Origin: Octopus bimaculoides
Lineage: Eukaryota
DNA: 64,000 nucleotides
Reading direction: 5' to 3'
NCBI RefSeq assembly: GCF_001194135.2
Contig: NC_068988.1
Coordinates: forward strand, 10,140,712-10,204,711
Below the pieces are notes generated by a model, which searched no databases, was not told the DNA's origin, and was given only the letters and a program-made list of their open reading frames with translations. Positions 1-13,072 of the stretch are shown here, in pieces (position 1 is the first letter of the stretch; each line of letters opens with the position of its first letter). Both the position numbers and the translations under genes were made by a program.

Positions 1-546
1 CATAGCCTCTGCTTTGCAAAACTTATAACCAAGATCATATCTGTTTGACACAAAAGTTCTCAGAATAAATAAGTTTACGAATAGCCGCAAACACTAGACA
101 TATATTAATTATCAATCTGTATGATTTCTTTAACATCAATGAAAAGAAAACTGTACACATCAAGAAATCTAAAAGAAGAGGTATGTTCCTTTATATTCGA
201 TTTCAGAGTTTCGCTTCGTCATTATATTAAGCAAACCATAATTGACATAAAAGCCATTTTTTCTACTTTCACTATCTACAAATCTGTTCTTGAAGTCATG
301 AATTATATGATAAAAATAGGTTCGGTACATTAGTTACTGATGATTTGGTATATAGTTATGTCTAGCTGTGTCTATTCTTGCGTTGCACATAAAATCAGAT
401 ATACGCTTATATATTCATACATACATTGTTATATACGTAAATTCATATTGAAAAAGTGCATATAAATTATAGCAATATACATAGAAATAAAATTACTTAT
501 ACGTATCATTATATAAGTGTACACATGTACATATAAACATATAGGT

Positions 547-669
<123 letters not shown>

Positions 670-1609
670 TATATTTTATGTCTCTATCTATATATATACA
701 TATGCATATATATATGCATACATACATATACATATATATGTATGTATATATATATGTATATATATGCGTATATGAATTGTGTGTATGTATATATCTATAT
801 GTTTATGCAAACATAATAGCCCTATTTACGTATGAATGTGCTTGCGATAGTATATATATAAATGTATATGTGTATATTTGTGTGTACTTGTGTGATTATG
901 TTTGTTTGCGTTTGCCTGTATGTGTGCGAGTGAGTGAGTGTACCTGCAAACATAAAACACTCTTTTACATTTGTAGTGGCAGCTACATCCTTGTGTGGCA
1001 TTGTCTGACGCTGTGTCCATGAAATTTATACATCTTTGGAAGTAGCTAATTTTATCAAATCATATACACACAGAGACATATAGTCTTTTATACGATATGC
1101 ACGCACACAATATACAAGCACAGCTGCACAGACACACACACAGCCACACGCACACAAGCATACAACAAGAAGGCCTACAAGTGCGTTCAGACACACACAC
1201 ATTGTATGTCTGTGTGTATGAATCTCTGTATCTTGTGTGGTGTACATATGGGAATGAACGTCCAAATATGTGAACAATTTCTTTCTCATAAATCTAACAT
1301 CAATATTGTTTGCACTTTATCTTTGTTCTTGTGCACGAGACGGTTGTCTACCTATAACAATGAATATTGGGAAGAAATATTTTGCCGACGCACGTAACCA
1401 CCCAGCTGCTCGCCGCGCAGACACACATAAACTGTTTATTAATTGAACCTTTTCAATAGGAAGCACTAACTTCACTCTCACTAATTGAAACACCCATAGC
1501 AACCTCATGATAAATAATAGCGGATATGATGGAAAGAATCTGTCTCCTCAAATTGTTCTGTAGCTATAATANNNNNNNNNNNNNNNNNNNNNNNNNNNNN
1601 NNNNNNNNN

Positions 1610-1655
<46 letters not shown>

Positions 1656-1753
1656 CACATTGCTTATATGCATGTTTGTATACATTTGTACACCCCACAC
1701 ACACGCGTACACACACAGAGAGACACAGATGTATATATTCGTGTACGAGTCTT

Positions 1754-1788
<35 letters not shown>

Positions 1789-2934
1789 GTGAAGATCGAT
1801 AGATATGCATATAAATATTGCATGTGTGTGTGAGAGAGAGACAGAGAGAGCGAGAGTGAGGAAGAAAGAGAATGACTATCTGTGTATATATAGAGTGAAG
1901 TGATATATAGATTTATACATGAAGAAAACGAAGACAGGTTTGAAAGAAAGCTATTTCTACTTTTATTTTATGCATCAAAGCTTAGTGAAATCAAGCTGAT
2001 TGCACTAACCTGATAATGACATGCTTCGGTATATTTTAATACGGATATTTGAAACATTAGGATATAATTTATGTCACAGGGCAGAAGAGGAGTAGTAAAG
2101 TTATTATTAAATTTCAGCTCTTTGTATGATAAATACATTAGCATTAATTCTGGTTAAACTAGAGTTGACAGGTGTCGTTGAAGTGTTCCGATGAGAGGAG
2201 CGGGAAAAGATTATGTGATATGTTACCGACCGGAAAAAATTTCGAACTTAATTTCTTTGCCGTATTTAAATTCAAATTTTGTGATTGTATGAATAAGTTT
2301 TCCAGGTATATATGTTTAACAACTCATAGTTATATTCAGAGATAGAAACTTATTACTTAAAGCCTTTTGTAAGCACCCTTGGACGTGTAGCAGCAACAAA
2401 AAATGGACTTGATACATCAGATAATTTCAGTCTAATTTTTAATCAATCGTAATTATTAGCTCCACCAATATTCTTTTTATGAGGCCACTGATATGAGGCC
2501 CACTTGCTAGATCAACTGGTTATCAAATAAAGCTCAATATTCTTATGAGGCCCACTTGCTAAATCAACTGGTCATAAAATAATGCTGCTGCTGTTACTGT
2601 TTTTGCAATTATGCTCAAGACACCAAGAGAGAGCTCTCATCACACAGATACATGGTCAAAGTTCCTCCAGATATGACCATCCTGTCTTATTTTTCCAGGC
2701 ATTGTGTACTAACTTTGAATACATTATCCAAGATATAACTTTTCTTTGAAGACATTATAGTGAGAGTTCATGGTGATCTGACTGTTACTTCTAGCAAAGC
2801 TCATTCATCATCACCATCATTTAACGTCTGTTGTCCATACTGGTATGGGGTGGATGGTTTGACAAGCGCTGGCGAGCTGGCGACGGTGTTGTTGTTTATA
2901 GCTATATTTTAATCAATACACACGTCCCTTCCTC

Positions 2935-3755
2935 AGAACTTTCCAGGGAGTAATTAATCCCCATCCCTTTCCCCGGAACATACCAGGAAGTAATTCATCC
3001 CGCTCCTCCCCTTCTTCCCCTCATCGGAACTTTCCAGGAAGTAAATCATCTCCATCCTCCCCTTCTGACGAAGAACTTTCCAGGAAGTAATTCGACACCT
3101 CGTCCCCTTCCTCCTCCCTCAGAACTCTCCAGGAAGTAATTCATCTCCCTCCTCCCCTTCCTCAGAACTTTCCAGGAAGTATTTCATCCCCCACCTCCGC
3201 TTCTCCCTCCCCTCCTTGGAATATTCTAGGAAGTAATTCATCCAACTCTTCCACTTTCTCGGAACTATCCAGGAAATGCTTAGTACCCCTCCCCTTCCCC
3301 GGAACTTTCCAGGAAGTAATTCATACCCTGCTCCCCTTCCTCGAAACTTTCCAGGAAGTAATTCATCCACTCTTCCCCTTCTCCGGTACATTCTAGGAAG
3401 TAATTCATGCCCCTCCTCCCATTCCTGGGAACTTTCCAGGAAGTAATTCATGACCCACTTCCCTTTCCACCCATCCTCCTTTTCTTCTCCTCGGAACTTT
3501 GCAGGAAGTAATTCACTCATCCTCCTCTTCCTACACTTCTTCGGAAATTTCCCGGTAGTAATTAATTCTCCTCCCCCTTTCCTCGGAACTTTCCTGGAAG
3601 TAATTCATTCCCGGCCTCACCTGCCTCGGAAGTTTCCAGGAAGTAATTCATCCAGAACCCCTCCTTCGGAACTTTCCAGGAAGTAAATTATGTTCCTCCT
3701 CTCCTACCCTTCCTCCGAACTTTCCAGGAAGTAATTCATAACCATCCTCCCCTCA
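2935..3755 (+). repeat. Minisatellite: 18 copies of a ~24-bp core (consensus GGAACTTTCCAGGAAGTAATTCAT) separated by variable C/T-rich spacers
   Basis: Units counted by eye at about 2935, 2975, 3026, 3072, 3121, 3164, 3218, 3261, 3301, 3343, 3385, 3428, 3493, 3543, 3585, 3628, 3668, 3716. Period is about 40-65 bp. Confidence 0.95.
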
Positions 3756-4962
3756 AATTTCCCTCTCTGGAATGTTGAAGATTCATTCCTCCCCTTCACT
3801 CTCTTAAATACCCCTCTCTGGAAGCACATGACTATAACTTTGTTTCTCAAAATACATCAGCAATGAGACTTGAAACAAGGATCCACTAGATTGTGCCTTA
3901 ACTAAATTTAGAAAGATATATACCTTAATATATATATAGACTAATTGAATAAAAAAGCAATTCAACTTCTATATATTAAAATAAATATATATTTTATTTG
4001 AATATATAACCATTCTCTCTAATACTCACTATTCTTGCCTGTATTACTTCTCATATTTCTTTCTTTCTTTCTTTCTTTCCTTCCTTCCTTCCTTCCGTCG
4101 TTATTTCTCCGAGTCTTACAGTATTTGTATGTATATACATGTGGGTGAAGCGTGTGTGTGTGTGAGTAAAACAGTTAACTTTTATGTACTAAATGTTGTA
4201 TACGATAAATTGTTACATAAAATGTTTGTGTCAGATGGAGCAGAAGAGCAAAACTTACCGATAAAACTCAGAAACAGTGAATTAGCAGCGGAGAAAGTTT
4301 CCAAGGAAAACGGAAAATAAGTTTCTCTGAACCACGTTTCGGTAAAAATTAGAGAATGACAATTTGTGTCGGAGAATTGGGAGACATAAGAATGAATTTT
4401 GAACTTGGTGTTATCTGAATTGCATAACATATGTACTGCAGATTTCAAGTATTATAGACAGGTTCACTCGTTAAGAAATATTACAGTACATAACTGGCTA
4501 ATGTGAGTTTTCTTAACATATATTCAAGACCTGACAAACTATCTCAAAAGAGCCTGTTGCATGAATTCAAAGAGTTCATTATTGAATTGCCTGTACGCTG
4601 TATGCTGAATTTGTATAGTTTCTGATACTTCCATGGGTAGTAGATTGACAAGCATAGTAAAATATATAGGTAATAAAATTACCTGGATAAGGTACGAATT
4701 TGCCCATATGTATCCTCTATTTTGAAAAAAGGAATATTGAATTTACAATTAATATTTGTTGATATAATTGAAAATCCTATCTGGTAATACAACTTATCGT
4801 CTGAAGTATAATTTGTGCATGGCAGTGAAGTTGCATGTGGTTTCTGAATGTGATTACGTTTATGAAGAAAAATATTATATGCAATCAAAGAATGCAGAGA
4901 AATCCAAACAAGATATATTAAAATAAAATTTAAAAAAAAGAAAAAATCAAGCGTCTTTCTCA

Positions 4963-5124
4963 GACGCAGGTGTGGCTGTGTTGTATGGAGCTTGTCTACC
5001 AACCACATGGTTCCGGGTTCATTCCTACTGCGTGGCACCTTGGGCAAGTGTCTTCTACTATAGCCTCGGGCTGACCAAAGCTTTGTGAGTGCATTTGGTA
5101 GATGGAAACTGAAAGAAGCCCGTC

Positions 5125-5168
<44 letters not shown>

Positions 5169-5382
5169 ATATGTTTGTGTGTCTGTCTATCTTCCCCCAA
5201 CATCTCTTGACAATCGATGGTGGTGTGTTTACGTCCCCGTAACAAAGCGGTTCGGCAAAAGAGACCGATAGAATAAGTACTAGGCATCCAAAGAATAAGT
5301 CCTGGCGTCGATTTGCTCGACTAAAGGCAGTGCTCCAGCATGGCCACAGTAAAATAACTGAAACAAGTAAAAGAGTAAAAGA
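4963..5382 (+). mobile_element. tRNA-derived SINE, family B, near full length with internal (TA)n
   Basis: A-box-like TGGCTGTGTTG and B-box-like GGTTCATTCC, body GCGTGGCACCTTGGGCAAGTGTCTTCTACTATAGC...GGAAACTGAAAGAAGCCCGTC, tail ...GACCGATAGAATAAGTACTAGG...ACTGAAACAAGTAAAAGAGTAAAAGA. Homologous copies at 41903-42517, 50483-50655 and 59755-60115. Confidence 0.85.
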
Positions 5383-5877
5383 GGTTATTCATAACCGATT
5401 TTCTTATTCTGGAACATATTCTCATGTACTCTTCTGTCAATCGCATCCCGTTCTTCGTTAACGAGGAATCTAGAAATAGACATTTGCGAAAGCCATTGCC
5501 CGCAAGCAAAACAACATCAACACAGCAACAAGAAACTATTGCCATTATAGGAACAAGCGTATGAATGACCGGATCGTTACTCATTAAAATTCTGGCATTA
5601 ACACAAATGATTGCAATTTCATGTGACCCACAGCATAAGGTTGAAATGATTTAGATGAATGATATTAGAGAATTTTGGAACTTGGAGCATTGAAATTCAA
5701 GTCCATTTCATTAACCGATATTAATACGGTGATGATGACAGTTTGTGCTGTTTATATCATAAGGACTCTCAATGGCTTTGATGTATGTTTCATCAGCACC
5801 AGTTAAGAGAATTAATGATGTAATACTAGAAGATGTATGCAAGTGCATATTTGTGAATACGTGTGAGCGAGGATGCG

Positions 5878-5911
<34 letters not shown>

Positions 5912-6001
5912 CATATATACATGTGTGTGTAGGAGTGGGCGTGAGTGTATATGTATATGTATGTATACGTAGTTTCTATATATTCATATACGTACATATA
6001 C

Positions 6002-6036
<35 letters not shown>

Positions 6037-6456
6037 NNNNNNNNNNNNNNNNNNNNNNNNNNNNNNNNNNNNNNNNNNNNNNNNNNNNNNNNNNNNNNNN
6101 NNNNNNNNNNNNNNNNNNNNNNNNNNNNNNNNNNNNNNNNNNNNNNNNNNNNNNNNNNNNNNNNNNNNNNNNNNNNNNNNNNNNNNNNNNNNNNNNNNNN
6201 NNNNNNNNNNNNNNNNNNNNNNNNNNNNNNNNNNNNNNNNNNNNNNNNNNNNNNNNNNNNNNNNNNNNNNNNNNNNNNNNNNNNNNNNNNNNNNNNNNNN
6301 NNNNNNNNNNNNNNNNNNNNNNNNNNNNNNNNNNNNNNNNNNNNNNNNNNNNNNNNNNNNNNNNNNNNNNNNNNNNNNNNNNNNNNNNNNNNNNNNNNNN
6401 NNNNNNNNNNNNNNNNNNNNNNNNNNNNNNNNNNNNNNNNNNNNNNNNNNNNNNNN

Positions 6457-6509
<53 letters not shown>

Positions 6510-7775
6510 AAACACACACTGAAACGTATGCTTGTGTGTCAGACGGTGAGATGGTGAGTGCAGCTATCTATATTTGTATAGCTTGATGCAATCACGCACG
6601 TACTTGTCAGTAACACGAAGCGAAGCATATTTGCATGGATATAGTGCAGATAATAATAGTTTAACCTAATCTGTAAAAACGAACTTGGAAGAATACATAA
6701 AAAGATGCAAAATGTATTTTCTTCTCGCGTTTGTGTGTGTGTGTGTGCGTGCGTAGAATATAATTAAGATTCAGTTGAAATATGTTCTTAAATTGAAGCA
6801 CGACGCCAGTTCGGTTCATGTCGCGCAGCGCGAAGTCAGGTGCAAATATAAAGCAAATAAGTAACAAGGATGTCCAGGTATCAGTGCATTACGGCTGTTT
6901 GAAGCGGCTCCATTTAATCGATCGATGAAAACATTACATCAATTTAAAAGAATCCGCTCTTCACGAATGTGGGTAGCCATATAGATTTCGTACATGAAGG
7001 ATAAATCATTTTTTGCAAAATTCATATCAGTTATAGAAACCGAAATAATGCATTGATTCTTTTGTTATATTTGTAGTAGAATGAATTTAGAGAAAAAAAT
7101 ATGTAGCGTGCTAAGTTTACTATAATTTAGAGCGTAGCAAAGGAAGATAGTGGGGGGGGGGTCAAGACATAGGAGTGGTGAGATAGTTATTTATAACTAT
7201 TTAAAAAATTTATTTATAAGATTTTATGCAGAATATAATCTATAAATATTTAGAATTAAATCTTACTGGAAGTTGCCTTCTATGTTCCAGTTGATGGTGA
7301 TAAATTAATTAATGCTATACAACTTCCCAGACCCGTTTTTTACTAGGACCATATATCTAGCGTTATGTACATAAAAAGATATGTCTCAGAGTTGCTATTC
7401 AGAGAATGACTGATGGAGAAGTGGTGATAACTCGAAGACGGAAGAGTACGGGTGTCTAGCACCTATTTAGATTGTCAAATAAAAGGGGAATATAGTAAAC
7501 TCAAAGGAAGTAAAAATAAGCTCTAATGGTGGGAATAATAATTGAGATATACAGGACGAGATCTAGAACAATTCGCTGTAGAACAAGAGGCCGTTGGACT
7601 ATTCGCCGTAAGACAATGCACGTACGGAAAATTTCGCCGCAAGGACATTTTGTGGTAAAGTATAAGAAAAGAAGGATAAAAAATAATAAAAATAATGGTG
7701 GTGCATGTCTGTGTATGTGATTGTATGTTGGATATATTTACGGATATAGTACTTACACTTGCTAGTTTGCACATA

Positions 7776-8301
7776 CATAACGACACTAAGCACACGGCGA
7801 AGTCTACCAAAAGATGAATTGTCAATCGCAATATAAAATTATTAGAATGGCCAAGCCAGTCACCTGACTTGAACCCCATTGAAAATCTGTGGCGTTATTT
7901 GAAAATTGAAATTAATCCAAAAGCCCCAACGTGCATTCCAAATTTGAAAAAAAATTGTCAAGAAGAATGGGAAAAAATTCCTAAAGAAACATGTAAGTCA
8001 CTGATTAAGAACTACAACAAGTGATTGGTTGAAGTGGAACTGAATAATTGTTATGATACGAAGTATTAAATCAGAATTATCAGTTATTTATGTTCTGTAC
8101 GAATACGTTTTTCACCCCTAAATATTTATAATTCTATATAATTTCATTAGTTACTATAATTTATTAGTTTCTTTTGCATATTCTTACTTTATGCATGTAT
8201 ATGCAAATATAGTATTGGTATATCCTATTTATGCTCATTAGAAATTAACTAAATAAAGAATTTTGACATCTACGAATATTTATCCCCCCCCCCCAACTGT
8301 A
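7776..8301 (+). mobile_element. Tc1/mariner (Tc1-type DD34E) transposon relic: C-terminal transposase plus right terminal inverted repeat
   Basis: 7776-8069 translates [42 protein letters not shown]...CQEEWEKIPKETCKSLIKNYNK*LVEVELNNCYDTKY*, containing the Tc1 hallmark [15 protein letters not shown] and two in-frame stops. The element ends ...CCCCAACTG|TA (8296-8301), the reverse complement of the usual TA|CAGT start. Confidence 0.9.
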
Positions 8302-8907
8302 TGTATTGCATCAAATAAATGACAGAACTGATCCTGTCGATATGAAAGGCTTTGGATTTGTCGGTTGTTTAAGTAGAACGCTTCTGATTTGTGTGATCTC
8401 AGTTTTGGTTACTATGTTATATGTTTTTATCGTTCCTTTAGGTCGAGCGAAGTTCTTGAGAGAGCATTGCGTAGAAGTCGTTCGAAGATCGTGAAAGTCA
8501 TATCATTTGTAACTCGAAAGTGCGGTCTCGTCACAAACATGGCATCATACTGATTTAAAATATTCTAACCCTAGATTTTGCTTCTTTGGAAATATTCAGC
8601 CATCTACACACTATTTTACAACTGGTTATTTCATACCATCTTATACCTGAAACTTAATCGTCGAAACAAGCATTGATATACCAAGTTTTATATTATATAT
8701 TTTGTTATATACACATGTGATTACCTTTGCAATTTTGTCTTCAGTAGCAAAGTATAGTTTTTACAATGAGATTTTTAAGATTGATAATGTCTGAAATTTA
8801 CTTTTATGTTGGCTTTATCGGTCGTAAAAATCTCCTTTCTCAAAGATGATTTTTAAAAGTGGTAATTGAAGGATACCGTTATTGTCGTTTTGTTTATACT
8901 TCTTTAC

Positions 8908-9058
8908 CTACTAAAGTGAGGAGAGCTATCTTATCGTAGTTCACATTCTCAACAATGTTAACTGGTCCATTGAGATTTATGTGTTTCAACCACTGATCAT
9001 AGGAAGTTCTGTGACACACTTCATTGCCAGTAACAACAACTAAGTTTATAATTGACGC
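8908..9058 (-). CDS. Candidate internal coding exon (151 nt) of an unidentified gene: ASIINLVVVTGNEVCHRTSYDQWLKHINLNGPVNIVENVNYDKIALLTLV(G)
   Basis: On the minus strand it is bounded by TATATTTCTAG| and G|GTAAAG. The open frame starts exactly at the AG (the acceptor TAG is an in-frame stop) and closes shortly after the GT. The peptide is not low-complexity, but I recognise no homologue. Confidence 0.3.
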
Positions 9059-10487
9059 CTAGAAATATACACCAGCGCACATCCACGCTTACATACTTGC
9101 AAAAACATACACACGCACGCACACATATATATTGAAATAATATATATATCCATATACATACGTATATGTTCATATATATGTGTTTGTGTGTGTATGTAAA
9201 ACCGCGTGCGAGAGAGGGAAGGCCAGCGAATGGAACAACAACATGAATGTATTAAAATGTAAATATGTGCATGTATATATAGGCATATATCCCCATATAA
9301 ATATGTAAGCCTGCACATCTACTACACGCACAGACACACACACACTCACATACGCGCATGTATATATAAATGGATTGAAAAGAAGATACATGTATGTATA
9401 CATACATACATGCATACATAAATACATACATACAGAAGAAAATCATTCATACATGCATACATACATACATACATACATACGTACATAATACGTGTATATA
9501 TGCATAGACAGGTAGAGGAATGGATGGATACAGACACACGCTTTGAAATGTACAAGACAGTTTTGATAAATGGAGTAAAACAAGATTGCTTAATGGCGCA
9601 GAAGCTTCACACTATCATTCTAATTATTGAATTTTTCGATGATTGTCTGTAAATTCCCAAGTGGTTATCATACATATGACGTGGCTATCATATATGTGAG
9701 CACGCAGAGAGCAGTCATTTCAGTTGTCGCTAAACCTCCGTTCCAATAAAGGCCAATTTTCGAAGTGAAACAGAAATCTTTAAGTATGAAATCGCACAAT
9801 ATGTGCGACATCAGAAAAAGTTCTAATTGCAAATAGAGATGGGTTCACTAAATGGAACCCTTAAAACATATAGATTAAATGCTCTACACGGAAATGGATC
9901 GAAAAGGCAATTACCTGGTCCTCAAATTCAGATATATTGACTGACTACGAAAATTAACAAACACTTATATCTGCTGAATACTCCTAAAAAATATAATTGT
10001 GCATTCTGATGAGTCAGTCTGTAAAAGAGTGAGGTGCCATAATATTTGATCGAATGAAACAAAAATATTATATAACAACATATCCGAGGGAATACCCAGA
10101 AATATTCAGAGATTGAGCTTTAACCTTCGGAGTGATATTTTCCTTTATAATTTGAAATACACTCTAAGATCTAGTACACTTTTATACGTTATATGATATA
10201 AATATTTTAGAAATGCAAGCGCATAAATGTAGAAAATGTAAGAATAATTATTTACTATTTACGTATTACTGTAACAAATGAGAATTTATGCTGATTTTTT
10301 GTGAAGGTTGTGCTACAAATGTATATCGAAATTACACGGCCACACTCACATATCCATCCGTTCACCCATTCATCCATCCATCCATCCTTCCGTCCGTCTG
10401 TCCGACTGTCAGTCTGACCATCCGTTCATCCGCCTGCCTATCTATCAATCGATCAATCAATCTATCAATCAATCAATCAATCAATCC

Positions 10488-10554
<67 letters not shown>

Positions 10555-11654
10555 CTGTAATTCGCCCCTGTGTTTACATATATTTTTAACATAAGATAAT
10601 GCTCTAACGATATAACAGAATTTGAAATTCGACCTTGAAATTAGGAACCTATCGTGTTTCTGGAAGCAAATATTTTATGTTTAGTTGTTGAAGCTATAAA
10701 AACCTATTTTACTCACAAAGAAGTCTTTCTCTAATATAATTATTTTCATTGAAAGTAGCCTAAACCTTTTGTGTAGTAACAATAGCCGACGCCATATTAG
10801 AAATTCACTTCATTCAAATTTACAAAAATGTAGAAAGTTGTGTTGAAATATATTATTCAGATTTTCTTCCAATGCTTATGATTTTATTCGTGTTTCTTCT
10901 TTCTTTTTTAAAAATTGTGTTACAAACCCGCTGGGTCTAGAAGAAATTTATTGTCTTCCTATGTTTACCATTATCGAGATTGTTATCTAAATATATCTAA
11001 CTGAACAGGGTCAAAGTTCCCCAAATGTTCATTAATCTTAGTTCATTGTTGATGTTTGTGTTTTTAACCATTAATATATTTCTGTTCCCATTATTTATAG
11101 CATTTTGTGAATGGAAAAACTTTACAAATTACCTTAACTTTAGTTTCTTGTGTAAGAACTAAAAATGTTTCTCACTTTTTACACCTAATTTAATTAAATG
11201 TTTTCTAAACACTGACAATACGATATGCATTAATGCTGAAAATCTGTGCAGTCTTTAGTATGTTGGATAGATCAGTCTGCTGTATGCACTCGGGTTATTT
11301 GTGCTCAGAATGGGACCTCGGTGTTATCAGATTTGCGTTTCGTTATTCCTCGGGCAATAAATAAAGTAACAAGCTAATACCAGACTCGATTATTTGCATT
11401 GAGTATTTTTTTTTCGTCACTAATACGTTGTGAAACATTGTGTTGACCACATCATAACTGCGTTAGGAATGTATCCGCTGCGGAATACTGATCCGCTTGT
11501 ACTTTACTGCCAAATGTTGGAATTCCTTTTAAAAAATGAGTGATCATGATCGAAACTTCATTTTACAATTTTATATATTGTATTTTAAAAACGAAGCACA
11601 CGAACCATATTCAAATTAATCCTTGAAATGTCATGTTGTTGTTATTGAGGCGGT

Positions 11655-11815
11655 CAGCTGGTAGAATTGTTAGCACGCCGGGAAAATTGCTTACAAGCAC
11701 TTCGTCATTAGACTCTAAGTTCAAATTCCTCTTTCCGGAATCGATCAGATATTTATCAGTTAATCGATATAATCGGCTTACTCCGTCCCTTTTGCCAAAA
11801 TTTGAATCCTATTTC
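11655..11815 (+). mobile_element. tRNA-derived SINE, family A (degenerate, internally deleted)
   Basis: GGCGGTCAGCTGGTAGAATTGTTAGCACGCCGGG...AAGTTCAAATTCC...GCCAAAATTTGAATCC, matching the head, B-box and tail of the copy at 44657-44870. Confidence 0.75.
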
Positions 11816-11916
11816 TAAGATTGTTCGTTAAATAATTTTGCTCTTCTTGAAATTACATTCTCATTTTGCTAAAGAAAACGTATTGCCCCCTGCAGATTTA
11901 TGAGCTGCTACAATGA

Positions 11917-12013
11917 ATTCTAAGTAAGGCGCAAAGCCAGCTTTTTGGAGGAGAAAGATAACTCGATACCACGGAGCGCAGTAATCGACTGGTATTTATT
12001 TTACTGATCCCTG
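11917..12013 (-). mobile_element. SINE family A 3' fragment
   Basis: TTCTAAGTAAGGCGCAAAGCCAG...ACTGGTATTTATTTTACTGATCCC aligns to the reverse complement of the family A tail. Confidence 0.5.
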
Positions 12014-12873
12014 ATACACTTATTTTGGTATTAGTTCAATATAACATGGAAGGACATTTCACCTAATAAAACCAAAGATATATATATATACATACACAAA
12101 CTCACACACGTAATTATGGCTTCTTTTCCGGACAAATATTACTGAGTGAGGTATACAAGATTCGATCACATTGCCTATGGTATTCTGAGTTTTAATATAA
12201 GAAGAGCAAATACTTAATGACACACTGATTTGGAGCAGGTGGAGCACTGTTGGGGCAGTGATGCGAAGATAGTTCTTAAATCTTTAAATATACTCCTACA
12301 CATAAAAGGGAACTAGCTTTTGAATATTCCTTATATCTTTAAATCTCAAAGATAATTAGGAGAGATGCACACATTCAATATTATGCATCTAATAATGTGC
12401 CGCATTAGGAAACCATTAATAAATTAAATGATATTAATATGATCCCTATCTTTTAGGTATATTAAAGCGAAAGCTGAATAGTCGAAACTGACTCGTGTTT
12501 ACATTGATTTCTGAATTGGTTAAGTATGTACATGTACTTTCAAAACCTATCCACTTTCTAAAGCTAAGATGTATAATAACGCCTTATAATAAAACCGTAT
12601 CAATGCACACGAGTACCCCAAAATATCCCACTTCTCTCTATATTTACAAATACACACACACACACGCATACATATATGTATATACATATGTATATATATA
12701 TATATACATATGTGTATATATATATATATATATGCATATATACATATATAAACTTCTATATACATAAGGATAAGATCGTTATTTTAAATAGTGTCGACAT
12801 CAAGTGGCATCATGGGAAGAAAAATCCTTATATGTTATAATAATTATTATAATTACATATAAGGTTATCTAAG

Positions 12874-13032
12874 ATACCACCATGCTTGAAATAGAGCCAG
12901 AACCCAAGGGTCTGAAATTATATAATTTTTACTGGTTTTATTTGCCTATTTGTCTTTTCACCTAGTACTGTATTGAATACTTGAAGTGTTCGTAGAATCA
13001 GGTTTTGACTGCTATTTCAAGCATGATGGTAT
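12874..13032. mobile_element. MITE-like element, 159 bp, with 21-bp terminal inverted repeats (20/21 match)
   Basis: Left ATACCACCATGCTTGAAATAG (12874-12894); right CTATTTCAAGCATGATGGTAT (13012-13032). Similarity continues inward (AGCCAGAACC vs CAGTCAAAACC). AT-rich noncoding interior; no clear TSD. Confidence 0.7.
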
Positions 13033-13037
13033 ATTCT

Positions 13038-13072
<35 letters not shown>

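Noticed and set aside
2492-2583. 52-bp-period local tandem duplication (TATGAGGCCCACTTGCTA.ATCAACTGGT)
   Set aside because: An ordinary two-copy slippage duplication with no further structure.
3119-3686. ORFs 3119-3520 (-) and 3450-3686 (+) with repeated ELLPGKFRG
   Set aside because: These are read-throughs of the minisatellite; variable spacer lengths shift the frame between units, which argues against coding.
2935-3755. CRISPR array interpretation of the repeat-spacer pattern
   Set aside because: Spacers are low-complexity, mutually similar C/T tracts of uneven length, the repeats are degenerate throughout, there are no cas genes or leader, and the context is eukaryotic.
4182-4448. LIFTETWF motif resembling a LINE apurinic endonuclease, next to a donor-like CG|GTAAGT
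   Set aside because: A single short motif with no other endonuclease motifs nearby.
7148-7162. TAGT(G)n as the left TIR of the Tc1 relic
   Set aside because: Only the G run matches; the adjacent sequence does not complement the right end at 8270-8299.
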